33,924 nt of DNA from a virus (Duplodnaviria > Caudoviricetes), in IMG/VR virus record IMGVR_UViG_3300022178_000674, positions 1 through 33,924 of that record; one strand, given 5' to 3'. Shown one piece after another: positions 15,175-24,875 of the stretch (positions are counted from its first letter, which is position 1; every line of letters starts with the position of its first letter). Made by a program: the position numbers and the translations under genes. The notes beneath the pieces are model-generated. The model was not told the origin of the DNA. It saw nothing but the letters and a program-made list of their open reading frames with translations, and made no database searches.

Positions 15175-18038
15175 AGCAACCCTGCACTTCCTAGACCACC
15201 AAGCAATGTGGCGGCTACTGCAGGGTTTTCTTTTGCCCTTTGTCTAACAGTTGGTAGCCTGCTTTCTGCTGGTTTTGGTTGTGAAGTAACCACTGGCGGT
15301 AAAACTTGAGGGACTGGTGTTGCTTTTGGTTTTGGCTTTAATTCTGATTGTATCAGTGATCTTGCTTGATCTGATGCGCTGCTTAAAGCCTCGTTTGTTG
15401 ATTGAGCAGTAGTTTGTGCCATAGTAGACTTTATAGCGTCTGATATAATTTCTCCTGCAATTTGTCCTCTTGTTTTAGCATCTGCACCTCTAGCTGAAGT
15501 TTTGTATTTTTTTAAAAACATTTTGTAAAAAGGTCCGCTAGAAAACAATGAACCAACAACACTAAGCCGAGCAATTACACCTAAATTTTCTAACGGACTT
15601 GCTGCAATGTTTGCTGCAACAAGATCACCGCCGGGAGCAGACTCACCAAGGAGCTTCATAATACGACCAAATTCAAGCATATCCTTGCCCATTTCATCGC
15701 CAAATATTTCTTTTATTTTAGCTTCATCTTTTGCAAACTTACTACCAAGTTTTGTAAATTGAGTTTTATCAGTTAAAAATGTTTTTTCAAAATCACCCAC
15801 TAAACTATCCATGTAATAGCTTTGAATAGTACTCATATCTTCTGCACTGTTAGCAAAGTATGATTTTAAAGCTTTTACATCTTCAGCACGAACTGAACCA
15901 CTTGCTAAATATTCTGCAGCTTCAGTAGGCGTTAATGTGCCTTTATTTAATTTTCTCATAACTTGATTTTGTGTAAAGACTGACAGCTCGTCTAATTCTT
16001 TAGACAATTTTCTAAGCAAACCAACTGCAGCATCATCAGCACCAGTTTCTATAAAGTTTTTTATTAAATCCTCATCAACGTTTCTTAAACTTAAAACGTT
16101 CATTTGTTCGGCTAATTTTTTTATTTCTGCTGCATTTTGCCCAAAAAGCTCATTTGCAGTAGAGCCAAGCCCATCAATCTTATCTTTAAATTTAGCTCCA
16201 GACCATTTGCCATTTTTAACATCTAAAGACTTGCTCATGGCATTGCGTAGCCACTCAGACGCTATTCTTTCTTTTATAGGACTAAAAGCACCCTCTCCTT
16301 TAAACTTATTAACAGCTTTTTCTGCATCAGATAAAAGTTTGGGATTATTAGCTTTAATTAAATTTTTTGCTAAATTAGATTCATTTATTGGAGCATTATT
16401 TTTTATTTTATTTATAAGATCTCTTTTGCTTATAGCTTCACTTACTGCTTCAAACTTTTGATTGCCCTCTTTATACATTTTACGAGCATCATTTAAATCT
16501 TTTGAAGCTTGTCTAAGTGTCGTTCTTTGTTCTTTTGTAAATTGTCTGCCTGCTCTTGTAACCCCTCTTTTACCAAGTATGGCATCAATGCTTTTTGAGC
16601 CTAACAAATTATCAACTTGCGGCATAAATTTATCAGAAACACTTTCAACTGTATCTGAAGTCATACGCCTAAATTCTGCATCCCTAAGACTTTTACGAGC
16701 TATATATAATTGTGAAAATGATGCCTCATCACCAAGATCAATAATTTTTTGCAAAGCATCTTTAGCTGCTGCTGAATTAGTTCCCGGCTGTGCCGCCACA
16801 TACTTTTCTATTTCTAGTTTTGCATCATCCGCCATGCCTTTTGTATTGAAAATTTTAGCATTTCCTATGGTATCGTCCATAGCTCTGCTTATATTCTCAA
16901 AAGCATCATCAACTTGACCATCAAAAGCTCTGTAAGAATCTTCAAATATTTTAAACAAATCTTCGTCAATAGCTAAGTCTTGATCAGACGCTTTTCCTAA
17001 CTGAACTGCTATATCGTCCATATGTTTTATTAAAGCTTTTTCAGTTTTTCTAACTTCACCTTTGAGTTTTGTAGTTCCTGTTTTAGCAGCTTTTCCTAAT
17101 ACAGATGCGGTTCCTTCAACGCTAGGTTCTGTCAATCCTTCACGATAACGAGCCAAATCACTCATTATATTTTCATGATTATCTCTTAACCTTTTAGATG
17201 TACCTATAGCTTTTTCTGACAATGCTTGTTGACGAGATACTAATGAGGGAACACCTAAAGCACTAGCTGATGGCTTATAGCCCCTCTTATCAGCCGCTAA
17301 AATATCCGCTACTCTTTCTTCTGGAACGCCTTTCCCTACGCGGTCTGTTCCTCGAATAATTCTGTAAGTCTTACCAAGTAAACCAAATATACCTTCACCC
17401 GCGCCAGCTATTGCAGCCTCTTTTAGAATATCTTTTCCTACTTCAGATCCTTCTTGAGCTTGAACTCCCTGAAAGCTTTCAATACCCTCTTCTATGGCTT
17501 TACCGCCACCACCACCGAGTGCTGCACCAATTGTAGCTCCAACGATAGGAATAGGTATTGCTGCCTGACCAGCAATAGCGCCTGTAACAGCGCCACCAAT
17601 AGTTGTTCCTAGACCAGAAAGATCAGAGAGATCTCTCATGGTTAATCCACTTTCGTCAATCATTACTGGAACGCTTGATTCTATTCCGAACTTTTGTGCG
17701 GCTTCTGGCATTAAGGCAAGATTACCTAGTTTATCACGAGTAAATTGGTCTCGTGTTAAGCCGAATCCATCCATAAGAACTTTTTCTTGATCTTCTTGTG
17801 TATCCGCTCGACCCAACATACGGCGCAGTTTTTTGTCTTGAATACCTGTTTTGTAATCAAATCCTGCATTTTTACCTTTTTTTGTTTTATTGTAAGCGTT
17901 TATTGTTTCTTTTGAAAAGTAAGATTCTTTATCAGTTAAAACATCTTGTATTCTTAGCTGTTCTGCTGCAGATGGCTTTTCTCCTTTTATAGAAAAATTA
18001 AGAGGTCCATATTTTGTTTCTACAGAAATTACACCCAT
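15171..18038 (-). CDS. Large internal virion / DNA ejection protein, 955 aa
   Basis: Helical, with a Gly/Ala-rich membrane-like hairpin near residues 145-180; last gene of the late operon. Confidence 0.65.
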   Translation of the reverse strand: MGVISVETKYGPLNFSIKGEKPSAAEQLRIQDVLTDKESYFSKETINAYNKTKKGKNAGFDYKTGIQDKKLRRMLGRADTQEDQEKVLMDGFGLTRDQFTRDKLGNLALMPEAAQKFGIESSVPVMIDESGLTMRDLSDLSGLGTTIGGAVTGAIAGQAAIPIPIVGATIGAALGGGGGKAIEEGIESFQGVQAQEGSEVGKDILKEAAIAGAGEGIFGLLGKTYRIIRGTDRVGKGVPEERVADILAADKRGYKPSASALGVPSLVSRQQALSEKAIGTSKRLRDNHENIMSDLARYREGLTEPSVEGTASVLGKAAKTGTTKLKGEVRKTEKALIKHMDDIAVQLGKASDQDLAIDEDLFKIFEDSYRAFDGQVDDAFENISRAMDDTIGNAKIFNTKGMADDAKLEIEKYVAAQPGTNSAAAKDALQKIIDLGDEASFSQLYIARKSLRDAEFRRMTSDTVESVSDKFMPQVDNLLGSKSIDAILGKRGVTRAGRQFTKEQRTTLRQASKDLNDARKMYKEGNQKFEAVSEAISKRDLINKIKNNAPINESNLAKNLIKANNPKLLSDAEKAVNKFKGEGAFSPIKERIASEWLRNAMSKSLDVKNGKWSGAKFKDKIDGLGSTANELFGQNAAEIKKLAEQMNVLSLRNVDEDLIKNFIETGADDAAVGLLRKLSKELDELSVFTQNQVMRKLNKGTLTPTEAAEYLASGSVRAEDVKALKSYFANSAEDMSTIQSYYMDSLVGDFEKTFLTDKTQFTKLGSKFAKDEAKIKEIFGDEMGKDMLEFGRIMKLLGESAPGGDLVAANIAASPLENLGVIARLSVVGSLFSSGPFYKMFLKKYKTSARGADAKTRGQIAGEIISDAIKSTMAQTTAQSTNEALSSASDQARSLIQSELKPKPKATPVPQVLPPVVTSQPKPAESRLPTVRQRAKENPAVAATLLGGLGSAGLL

Positions 18039-18039
18039 T

Positions 18040-19767
18040 TTATTTGTCTTTCACATCAATTAAAGATGCGCCCTTATTGTCAAGAACAGAATATTCTAAA
18101 CTATTTTCTACCAAAGATGGGAAAAGCTCCATATTTTTTTCATATTCGCCAGTTGTAGGATAAGAGTCAGGATCTTGAAGCTCATCAAGAACACCTCTTA
18201 CAGCTTTTCTTTTTCCTTTAAATAAAGTTGCAATTTCATTTAATCTCATAATAGATTCTTGAGGGTTTCCTAACAAATCAACTTTTCCTAATAATTTTTC
18301 TACTCTCAAAACATCATCTTTAGAAATTCCATTTCCAGTTTCTTGAGTTAACATTCTTTTAAATTGAGTAATTATAGAATCTTGAAGAACTTTTACTTGT
18401 TCTCTTTTACCCATTTTGGAATCACCAAATACAACTTCAGCGTCTACAAGTCCTGCACCTACTAATGCAGAATTAACGGTGTCCGATATTAATGTAAAAG
18501 TTGGACTTTCTTCGCTGTCTATTTGTTCAAGCAACTCGTTCATTTGGTTAACTGTTGTTAAGGCTCCATTTATAGATCTCAAAGCCCCTGCAGAATCTCT
18601 TAGAGCATCTTGAGGAAAAGCAAAAATAGCGCCAGTCACTCCTCTTCCTCTTTGAACTTCTAGACCGTTTATGACTTTATCAACTTTTACATTTTTTATT
18701 TCACCGACTTTTGCACCAGCTTTAATTTCTTCTTTTTTAAGATCAGCATCTATATCAAGTAATTTAAAATATCTTTCTCTTTGAAATGCTTTTTCTTCTG
18801 CTGCAATAGCTGCTGAAGCATCTTCATCAGATTTTATTTGTTGTAAAGCGTACTTTCCTGCAGCTATTCTAGCCTGTTTTGCCTCACTTTTAGCTTTTTC
18901 TAATGCAGGCAACGCTTTTTCTCCAGCCTCTCCTACTGAACTAAGCAAACGCCCTACATTAAAACCTTTGCCTGCTCTGTTTTGCATGAGAGATAAACCC
19001 ATAGCCATTAAAGCTGAACTTTTGTCTACTTTACCGCTAATATCTATACCCGTAGCATTAGCAAATTCTTGTTTATATTTTTCAAGAGCTTCTTCTTTGC
19101 TCATGTTCGGTGTGGTGGGTATGTTAATTCCTGCATCGTTCGCATACTGCTGAACGCCACCAGCAAAAGCATCTTCCGCGGCTTCTGCTGCTTTTTGTAA
19201 AGCTTCGCCTCCTAATTCTGGCTTGCCTTGTGCAGCCGCTATCTCAGCTTCCTTTTCTCTGAACTCTTCAGTTCTTTGAGTTGCATCTTTTCTTTCTTCT
19301 TCATCCATAGCTAGGCGATCAAGCTTTGGACCACTTGGAGTTAAATCTCTTATTTGTTCGGTTAAATCTACAGGGTCAAAACGCATACCTTGATCTTCAG
19401 CTATTTTTTGTTCTTTATCTCTAAAGCTATCTGAAGAATAAAATAATTCATCTAAGGGAAGGCTTTTAGTTGTAGAATTATTTTTTTCTTGAGCTTTTTG
19501 TTTGGCAATTTCAGATGGACTCATTAGATATTCATAAGCTGGAACAACTACATTATCTGTTATTTTTTTGGGAAGGCCAACTTTTGGACTTGTAAGAAAT
19601 TCAGTAAAATTACCGATTTTTTCTATACCACTTAAAATACCTTGCCCTATCTCACCTATTTTTCTTTTAGGAGGTGTAGTTATTCCATATGGACCTATGT
19701 AATCAGCGTCACCTAAACCTCTTCTTATCAGCTCTGACGTATAAAGTTTGTTTAATTCATCACTCAT
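18040..19767 (-). CDS. Putative internal virion protein, 575 aa
   Basis: Coiled-coil, Ala/Glu/Lys-rich; located among the ejection proteins. Confidence 0.55.
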   Translation of the reverse strand: MSDELNKLYTSELIRRGLGDADYIGPYGITTPPKRKIGEIGQGILSGIEKIGNFTEFLTSPKVGLPKKITDNVVVPAYEYLMSPSEIAKQKAQEKNNSTTKSLPLDELFYSSDSFRDKEQKIAEDQGMRFDPVDLTEQIRDLTPSGPKLDRLAMDEEERKDATQRTEEFREKEAEIAAAQGKPELGGEALQKAAEAAEDAFAGGVQQYANDAGINIPTTPNMSKEEALEKYKQEFANATGIDISGKVDKSSALMAMGLSLMQNRAGKGFNVGRLLSSVGEAGEKALPALEKAKSEAKQARIAAGKYALQQIKSDEDASAAIAAEEKAFQRERYFKLLDIDADLKKEEIKAGAKVGEIKNVKVDKVINGLEVQRGRGVTGAIFAFPQDALRDSAGALRSINGALTTVNQMNELLEQIDSEESPTFTLISDTVNSALVGAGLVDAEVVFGDSKMGKREQVKVLQDSIITQFKRMLTQETGNGISKDDVLRVEKLLGKVDLLGNPQESIMRLNEIATLFKGKRKAVRGVLDELQDPDSYPTTGEYEKNMELFPSLVENSLEYSVLDNKGASLIDVKDK

Positions 19768-19778
19768 AATTGTTCGCC

Positions 19779-20753
19779 TTACTGCTGCTGTCCAATACCT
19801 TGAAGGGCGGTATATGCTCCTATTCCAGCCAACATTGGGTTTGTGCCATACATTGGTTGTTGTGTTTGGCTATAGAGACCCGCAGAAGGTGTTCCAGATA
19901 TTGCACCATATGCGTAATTATAAGGCAATAAAGCCTGTTCAGTTGGTCTTTGATACTCTTGTCTAGCTGTATCAATTGTTTGCTGACGGTAGGCTCTTTC
20001 AGCCTCTCCTGTGCCTTGCATAAAGGCTAGATCCGCAGGTGCCATAGCACCGTACACACGACCAGTATCAGCAGCCTGAGTGCCCAAAGTTCCAAAAGAT
20101 TGCCCTATACCACCAACAAGTCTACCTGATTCTTGTGCAGCTTTTTGAGCCTGTGCATAGTTTTTCATTCTAAGATCTGTTGTGGCTTTGCGCTTCGCAT
20201 CCATGATGTTGCGCTCGACCTCTGCGGCCTGTATGCCCTGCCTCGATCCACCAAATGCCCCTGCTTTAATAGCTTGGTCTGAAGCTCTATTCAAAGCAAC
20301 CTGACCTTGACGATCAATGTCTCTCTCTGTTTCTTCTATAACAGCTTGTTGAAATGGATTCATATAGTTTTGAACAGACATTGGGTCTGAAATAATATCT
20401 CTAGCTTGTCCTAACGCACCTAATCCCTGACCCAAACCTGATTGCGCTTGATTGAAGTATGGATCTGTACGCTGCATAAAATCAGGTGTTCCATCTCCAT
20501 CTTGATCTTGAGATAATCTTTGAGATGCAAATGTCTCAAGTCCAAAGTCTGTAATTTCGCCTGTGGAGGGATCTCTACCCATTTGTTGTGCTAGTCTAAA
20601 TGGTGCAATCTTAAACATATTAGGGTCTTGCATAAGACCCCCGCTAAAACCTGTGGCTTCATCATATTCGCCAAATATCGCATCTAAGAGTGCTTTCTCT
20701 CGTAACTCAAGATACTCTGGGCGGCGATTTACTGTTACATATGGATCAGCCAT
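19779..20753 (-). CDS. Putative DNA transfer / ejection protein, 324 aa
   Basis: Gln/Ala/Gly-rich; YMNPFQQAVI and AGAFGGSRQGI motifs typical of podoviral ejection proteins. Confidence 0.65.
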   Translation of the reverse strand: MADPYVTVNRRPEYLELREKALLDAIFGEYDEATGFSGGLMQDPNMFKIAPFRLAQQMGRDPSTGEITDFGLETFASQRLSQDQDGDGTPDFMQRTDPYFNQAQSGLGQGLGALGQARDIISDPMSVQNYMNPFQQAVIEETERDIDRQGQVALNRASDQAIKAGAFGGSRQGIQAAEVERNIMDAKRKATTDLRMKNYAQAQKAAQESGRLVGGIGQSFGTLGTQAADTGRVYGAMAPADLAFMQGTGEAERAYRQQTIDTARQEYQRPTEQALLPYNYAYGAISGTPSAGLYSQTQQPMYGTNPMLAGIGAYTALQGIGQQQ

Positions 20754-20755
20754 TC

Positions 20756-21514
20756 TTACGCTCCTTGTGATGCAAGTCGGTTCTGCATGGCATAAGCTCT
20801 CTCAATACCCTTATTGAGATCACCATTGCCTAAACCCTTGACAGCATTTTTATTCAATACAAATTCACCTGCCATAAGCATAGCAGGCACATCATCCTTT
20901 TGACCAGAACCTTCAGATGGCATAATGCCACCGTTTCTTCTAGGAAAGTATTCTCCCTCAATATATCCACCTGCAGCGGCCTGCCTAATTCTTGGCACAT
21001 TTAATTTTGTAAAACCTTCAACACCACCAAAGGGAGTTTCTTTGTAATCACCATCATCAGAACCTAAAAGCCTGTCTAATAACGCTGAACCGCCACCAAA
21101 CAATAACATTTCTCCAATAGGTGAATTTAAAAGATCGGCGGTTTTGCCTTCAGCATCAAGTATTCCTGACTTAACAAGAAAAGGGGAAACACCTAATGTA
21201 CCTTTTGCAGGTTCTATACTTGCTATGCCTTGTTTAGCTATATCTGATGTTGCTTTACTTATTGGTACGTTTTTATTTTTTATTGCCGGGGCTATGCCTT
21301 TTATATCAGACATTTGTTCGGTTTGTCCGCCAAAAAGACCGGGTGTTCCCAGTCCGCCTGAAAGAAGACTACCTAATCCAGCGTATTTTATAGCATCTTT
21401 TGTATCGGCTCCAAGAGCCTTACTAAGAAGAAAATTAGTGGCTAAACTTGTAATTGGATTGCCGCCACCACCTAAGATTGAAGCGCCAATTTTAATTATA
21501 TCTGATAAAGCCAT
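20756..21514 (-). CDS. Putative virion/ejection protein, 252 aa
   Basis: Gly-rich N-terminus; C-terminal GSGQKDDVPAMLMAGEFVL motif common in phage virion proteins. Confidence 0.6.
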   Translation of the reverse strand: MALSDIIKIGASILGGGGNPITSLATNFLLSKALGADTKDAIKYAGLGSLLSGGLGTPGLFGGQTEQMSDIKGIAPAIKNKNVPISKATSDIAKQGIASIEPAKGTLGVSPFLVKSGILDAEGKTADLLNSPIGEMLLFGGGSALLDRLLGSDDGDYKETPFGGVEGFTKLNVPRIRQAAAGGYIEGEYFPRRNGGIMPSEGSGQKDDVPAMLMAGEFVLNKNAVKGLGNGDLNKGIERAYAMQNRLASQGA

Positions 21515-21556
21515 TTATCTCTCCAACAAAATATATCTTATTTTAGCACCAATGTA

Positions 21557-22174
21557 CTAAGATATCCACTCGTAAATCTTTTTTGTTTCTTTTACACGAT
21601 GATCTAACCCAGTGTAACCACCGTTTATCCGTTTAGTTAGCCTTTTAATAGTGTCATCATTAACACCTTCGTCACATATTTTCCATAGATTGTTCTTTTT
21701 AAAAAACCACAAAGCCGTGTCCATTGCATAGTCTTCTTCTAACAAATGAGGGTTTTCTAAAACCTCTGGTACACGCATATCTGATGCAAAAGATCTGACG
21801 TTGTTATATCCGGTCAATTGCAAAAATCCTCGGCCTATGTAGGCGCTAGATTTTTCTTTCGTATCGTTCCCCATCCTGCCAAAGTACACGTTTTCAGCCA
21901 GTGCTTTTGGGTTTCTAGCAAACGGCTCGGCGCTTTCTTCTGTGGGAAAACGGCTAGGCCAAACTTTCATCATAGCATCTACAGAATAGTTTAAATTCTC
22001 TCTTGTGTATTTAAATGTTCCACTTTCATGTACTACTTGGCCTAGCAAGTGTGCCCCTCTTTCTGGAGACAACTCATGGTGAGCCACTATAGCCTTTGCG
22101 GTATTGGGGCCAAACGCCCCGTCTGGAGTTACACCGCACTTTTCCTGTAACATTTTTAATGCTTCAAACGCCAT
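21557..22174 (-). CDS. Endolysin, glycoside hydrolase family 19, with a short N-terminal peptidoglycan-binding-like motif
   Basis: DGAFGPNT; LGQVVHESG, ENLNYS, YIGRGFLQLTGYNN and TKRINGGYTGLDHR motifs. Confidence 0.9.
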   Translation of the reverse strand: MAFEALKMLQEKCGVTPDGAFGPNTAKAIVAHHELSPERGAHLLGQVVHESGTFKYTRENLNYSVDAMMKVWPSRFPTEESAEPFARNPKALAENVYFGRMGNDTKEKSSAYIGRGFLQLTGYNNVRSFASDMRVPEVLENPHLLEEDYAMDTALWFFKKNNLWKICDEGVNDDTIKRLTKRINGGYTGLDHRVKETKKIYEWIS

Positions 22175-22571
22175 CAGATTCATTCCTTTTTGCCATAAGA
22201 TCTTCAAGGTTCTTTTCTTTAGTGCCACCGTCATATGACCAAGCGTAACCTTTATCTATCATAATTTGGTTAATAGACTTTGTGTCTTCGTCTGATTTGT
22301 ACAACCAACCAAGCATACGACCAAATTTACCGTCTTTTTCAGTCTTTACAGTAAGCTTTGTTGCTTCCAAAAGATGCATTTCTAAAAACTCTGTGGCTTG
22401 ATAGCCCATCTTTTTTTCTGCTAGATCTTTAGTTCTTTTTTCTGGGGTATCTATACCAGCAAGCCTAACACGTTCTTTCTTGGTAAGATCGAAACCAAGA
22501 TCTATGCTGATGTCTATTGTGTCACCATCAACAACTCTGTCTACAGACTTAACAAAATAAGTATACATCAT
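22164..22571 (-). CDS. Thermonuclease (SNase-like) family nuclease
   Basis: RVVDGDTI, VRLAGIDTPE, GKFGRMLG and INQIMIDKGYA motifs. Confidence 0.9.
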   Translation of the reverse strand: MMYTYFVKSVDRVVDGDTIDISIDLGFDLTKKERVRLAGIDTPEKRTKDLAEKKMGYQATEFLEMHLLEATKLTVKTEKDGKFGRMLGWLYKSDEDTKSINQIMIDKGYAWSYDGGTKEKNLEDLMAKRNESDGV

Positions 22572-22948
22572 TTTTTCCTAACGAATTGTTTGTAGCCCTT
22601 CACACCAAAAGAAGCTGAAATTGCAATGCCCAAGCTGTAAAAATACCAGTCCGGTGCCTTATGAAGCTGTTCAAAGCCTCTATCTACAATGCCTTCTGCA
22701 CCCGGAACGAAGGCTAAAATTAATGGAATACTTAGGACAATTACAAAAAATTCGTCCTTCCATGACGATCCGCTGTTCTCTGCCATGACCCGCTCCCAAT
22801 CGGCAACGCTTGTCTTTTCAGACAGTAGTATCTTTGCTTTCGCTTCGGCTTCTGTAAGTTTTAACTTGGCTTCAGCAGCTTGCTTTGTAGTCTTGGCATC
22901 AATCCATGACCCTGCCAGACTTGCTAGTGGTGTTAAAAACTGTAACAT
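22568..22948 (-). CDS. Putative holin-like membrane protein
   Basis: Two C-terminal hydrophobic segments, SWKDE motif, basic C-terminus; upstream of the endolysin. Confidence 0.6.
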   Translation of the reverse strand: MLQFLTPLASLAGSWIDAKTTKQAAEAKLKLTEAEAKAKILLSEKTSVADWERVMAENSGSSWKDEFFVIVLSIPLILAFVPGAEGIVDRGFEQLHKAPDWYFYSLGIAISASFGVKGYKQFVRKK

Positions 22949-23259
22949 TATTTGTTACTCCCCATATTTGTAAAACCAAAATAGGCTGCGGTTACACCTG
23001 ACACGGCAACAACATACACAGCAGCTATATCTGCCAGTAGTTTAGACGCTTGTTCTAAGCCTAGCCAAGAGGAAACAACGATAGCGAAAGGATATAAAAC
23101 CATTCCACTTAGAGCAAACCAAGTCATTCGTAACTGTGCATCGCGCTTGGCATCAGCGTCCTCCATCATTCTGCGCCTATCTTCAAGCATTATCTGACGC
23201 TCATCTGGATCAATCTTGCCGTTATCATTTAGATCGTACTTTGCTTTGGGCATCTGCAT
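22948..23259 (-). CDS. Two-TM membrane protein with an N-terminal EF-hand-like loop
   Basis: DLNDNGKIDPDE followed by two hydrophobic helices. Confidence 0.7.
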   Translation of the reverse strand: MQMPKAKYDLNDNGKIDPDERQIMLEDRRRMMEDADAKRDAQLRMTWFALSGMVLYPFAIVVSSWLGLEQASKLLADIAAVYVVAVSGVTAAYFGFTNMGSNK

Positions 23260-23431
23260 ACTCCTGTACTATTCTTTTTTCGTATCCCAATATAATTAAC
23301 TTACCATTTTTATCATATGCTGCAAACTTCTTTCCATGTTCTATTATTGTTGGGCGTTCACCTCTAGGCAAGTCACCTTCATCGAGTTGTGCGTTACTAG
23401 TATTTTTGCTTTTTCTGCTTGCTCTAGACAT
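23225..23431 (-). CDS. Small hypothetical protein (start uncertain)
   Basis: Its 3' half fills the gap at 23260-23343; the 5' half overlaps the upstream gene. Confidence 0.35.
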   Translation of the reverse strand: MSRASRKSKNTSNAQLDEGDLPRGERPTIIEHGKKFAAYDKNGKLIILGYEKRIVQEYADAQSKVRSK

Positions 23432-23517
23432 TGCTGTTTGTCCGAATATGTTCCTATTTGGTAATATTGTAAGCGATCTGTACTAATAAAATGTAAAAAA
23501 ACTAAAACATAAATCAT
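23344..23517 (-). CDS. Small protein, 57 aa, with Y-S-x-x-x-x-C...C motif
   Basis: ATGA overlap with the upstream gene; hydrophobic N-terminus. Confidence 0.7.
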   Translation of the reverse strand: MIYVLVFLHFISTDRLQYYQIGTYSDKQQCLEQAEKAKILVTHNSMKVTCLEVNAQQ

Positions 23518-23969
23518 GGAAAGTAATCCCTTACATCTAACCACCCCATATAATGAAGATAACCAGTGGCTCCTATAAATGTCATAACGAGAAGTACAAA
23601 TATTCCTACTAAAGTAACCATTAACTCTTGTCTCTCTATGGCGTCACGCCGCGCTTGAGCCTCCGCTTCTCTTTTCTCTAATAAAACTTCCTTGCGTATT
23701 TTTAATAGCTCTAACCATTTTGATCTTCCGTAAGTTTGCGTGATCCATTCTTGGAGTTCGCTTTCAGCCTCTGCTGCTGCTCTAACCTTCGCCCAGCGAT
23801 CCAGCGCCGTAGCATTGGCGCTTTTGCTTGATATACCCTTTTTTTGTAATTGTTTCTTAGCTTGGTCAGTCGCGTCAAAAAATTGCCCAATCTGCTTGCT
23901 TAATCCAGCAATAGTTTTGCCAGCGGCTAGACCAGTTTTTAATCCAGCTAAAATTGTAACAGGGTCCAT
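23514..23969 (-). CDS. Coiled-coil protein with C-terminal TM ('MDPVT' type)
   Basis: ORF in the late operon with a C-terminal hydrophobic segment. Confidence 0.8.
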   Translation of the reverse strand: MDPVTILAGLKTGLAAGKTIAGLSKQIGQFFDATDQAKKQLQKKGISSKSANATALDRWAKVRAAAEAESELQEWITQTYGRSKWLELLKIRKEVLLEKREAEAQARRDAIERQELMVTLVGIFVLLVMTFIGATGYLHYMGWLDVRDYFP

Positions 23970-23971
23970 AT

Positions 23972-24367
23972 TTACATTCCATCGCTGCGCGTAAACTCAA
24001 CGGTTTTCTCCAAAATCGCTACCCTAGATTGTAACTTAATAATCTCCATCATATGACTAGCCATGCCACCCATATCATCGTTAATCATGTCAATATCTTC
24101 CCAGATTTCATTGTCACCATCTTCAATTTCTTCATAAACCTCAGACAGTATATCAATGATTTCTTGCAGGTGATTAGTATTACGCTGCACATCCCTAATT
24201 AGATTTGTTTTATCCGTAGCGTTATTCTCAACCGTCAAGATATTTACCGTCTCTTCAAGATTAGATATTGTACTCGCTTGCTGTGCCGTCCACCAAATAA
24301 AGCCACCGATCTGAGCTATAACAACTCCAACTACAGCAATGCTTACCTTTGGTAATTTGTCCGACAT
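23972..24367 (-). CDS. N-terminal TM plus coiled-coil protein
   Basis: Hydrophobic residues 8-26 followed by an acidic coiled coil. Confidence 0.75.
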   Translation of the reverse strand: MSDKLPKVSIAVVGVVIAQIGGFIWWTAQQASTISNLEETVNILTVENNATDKTNLIRDVQRNTNHLQEIIDILSEVYEEIEDGDNEIWEDIDMINDDMGGMASHMMEIIKLQSRVAILEKTVEFTRSDGM

Positions 24368-24594
24368 TATCCTGAACCACCGGATATTTGTTCGGGCATA
24401 GTTACTGTTATAGTTGTGCTGCGTTTTTCGCTACCCGTCCATGATTCTCCGCAATCTGGGCAGTTGCCATCTGGATAAGAAGCAATTTCTTCTGGTGTGT
24501 CCACTGCATTATCACAGTTTGCGCACTCTACCAAATCTGTACTGGTTGAAGGCTTCCATTTGCTGCCATCTGGCATAATAAGTATGTCTGTCAT
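24367..24594 (-). CDS. Zinc-ribbon protein, 75 aa
   Basis: CANC...CPDC; coupled by ATGA and TAATG overlaps. Confidence 0.75.
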   Translation of the reverse strand: MTDILIMPDGSKWKPSTSTDLVECANCDNAVDTPEEIASYPDGNCPDCGESWTGSEKRSTTITVTMPEQISGGSG

Positions 24595-24875
24595 GATATC
24601 ACCACTGTTACTGTTCCTAATGCTGTTGTTCCAACATTTGTTGCTACAAGAGATGCACTTGCACGTTTGATTTTTACAAAACCATTGTCCTCAAAAAGAT
24701 CACCCTCTTCTAAAATACTGGCTACACTCACGTTTGGCATGTCTGGTATATTTAAAAGTGGGTTTCTTTGATCTTCTATAACATTATCTAATGCTCTAGC
24801 CAATTGATTTACATATGATGACTCATACTGTTGAGGCGCAATTGGAATAATAGATCTGATAATTTTTGTACTCAT
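24591..24875 (-). CDS. Small tail-associated protein, 94 aa
   Basis: Coupled to the tail tubular gene; TALGTVTV C-terminus. Confidence 0.65.
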   Translation of the reverse strand: MSTKIIRSIIPIAPQQYESSYVNQLARALDNVIEDQRNPLLNIPDMPNVSVASILEEGDLFEDNGFVKIKRASASLVATNVGTTALGTVTVVIS

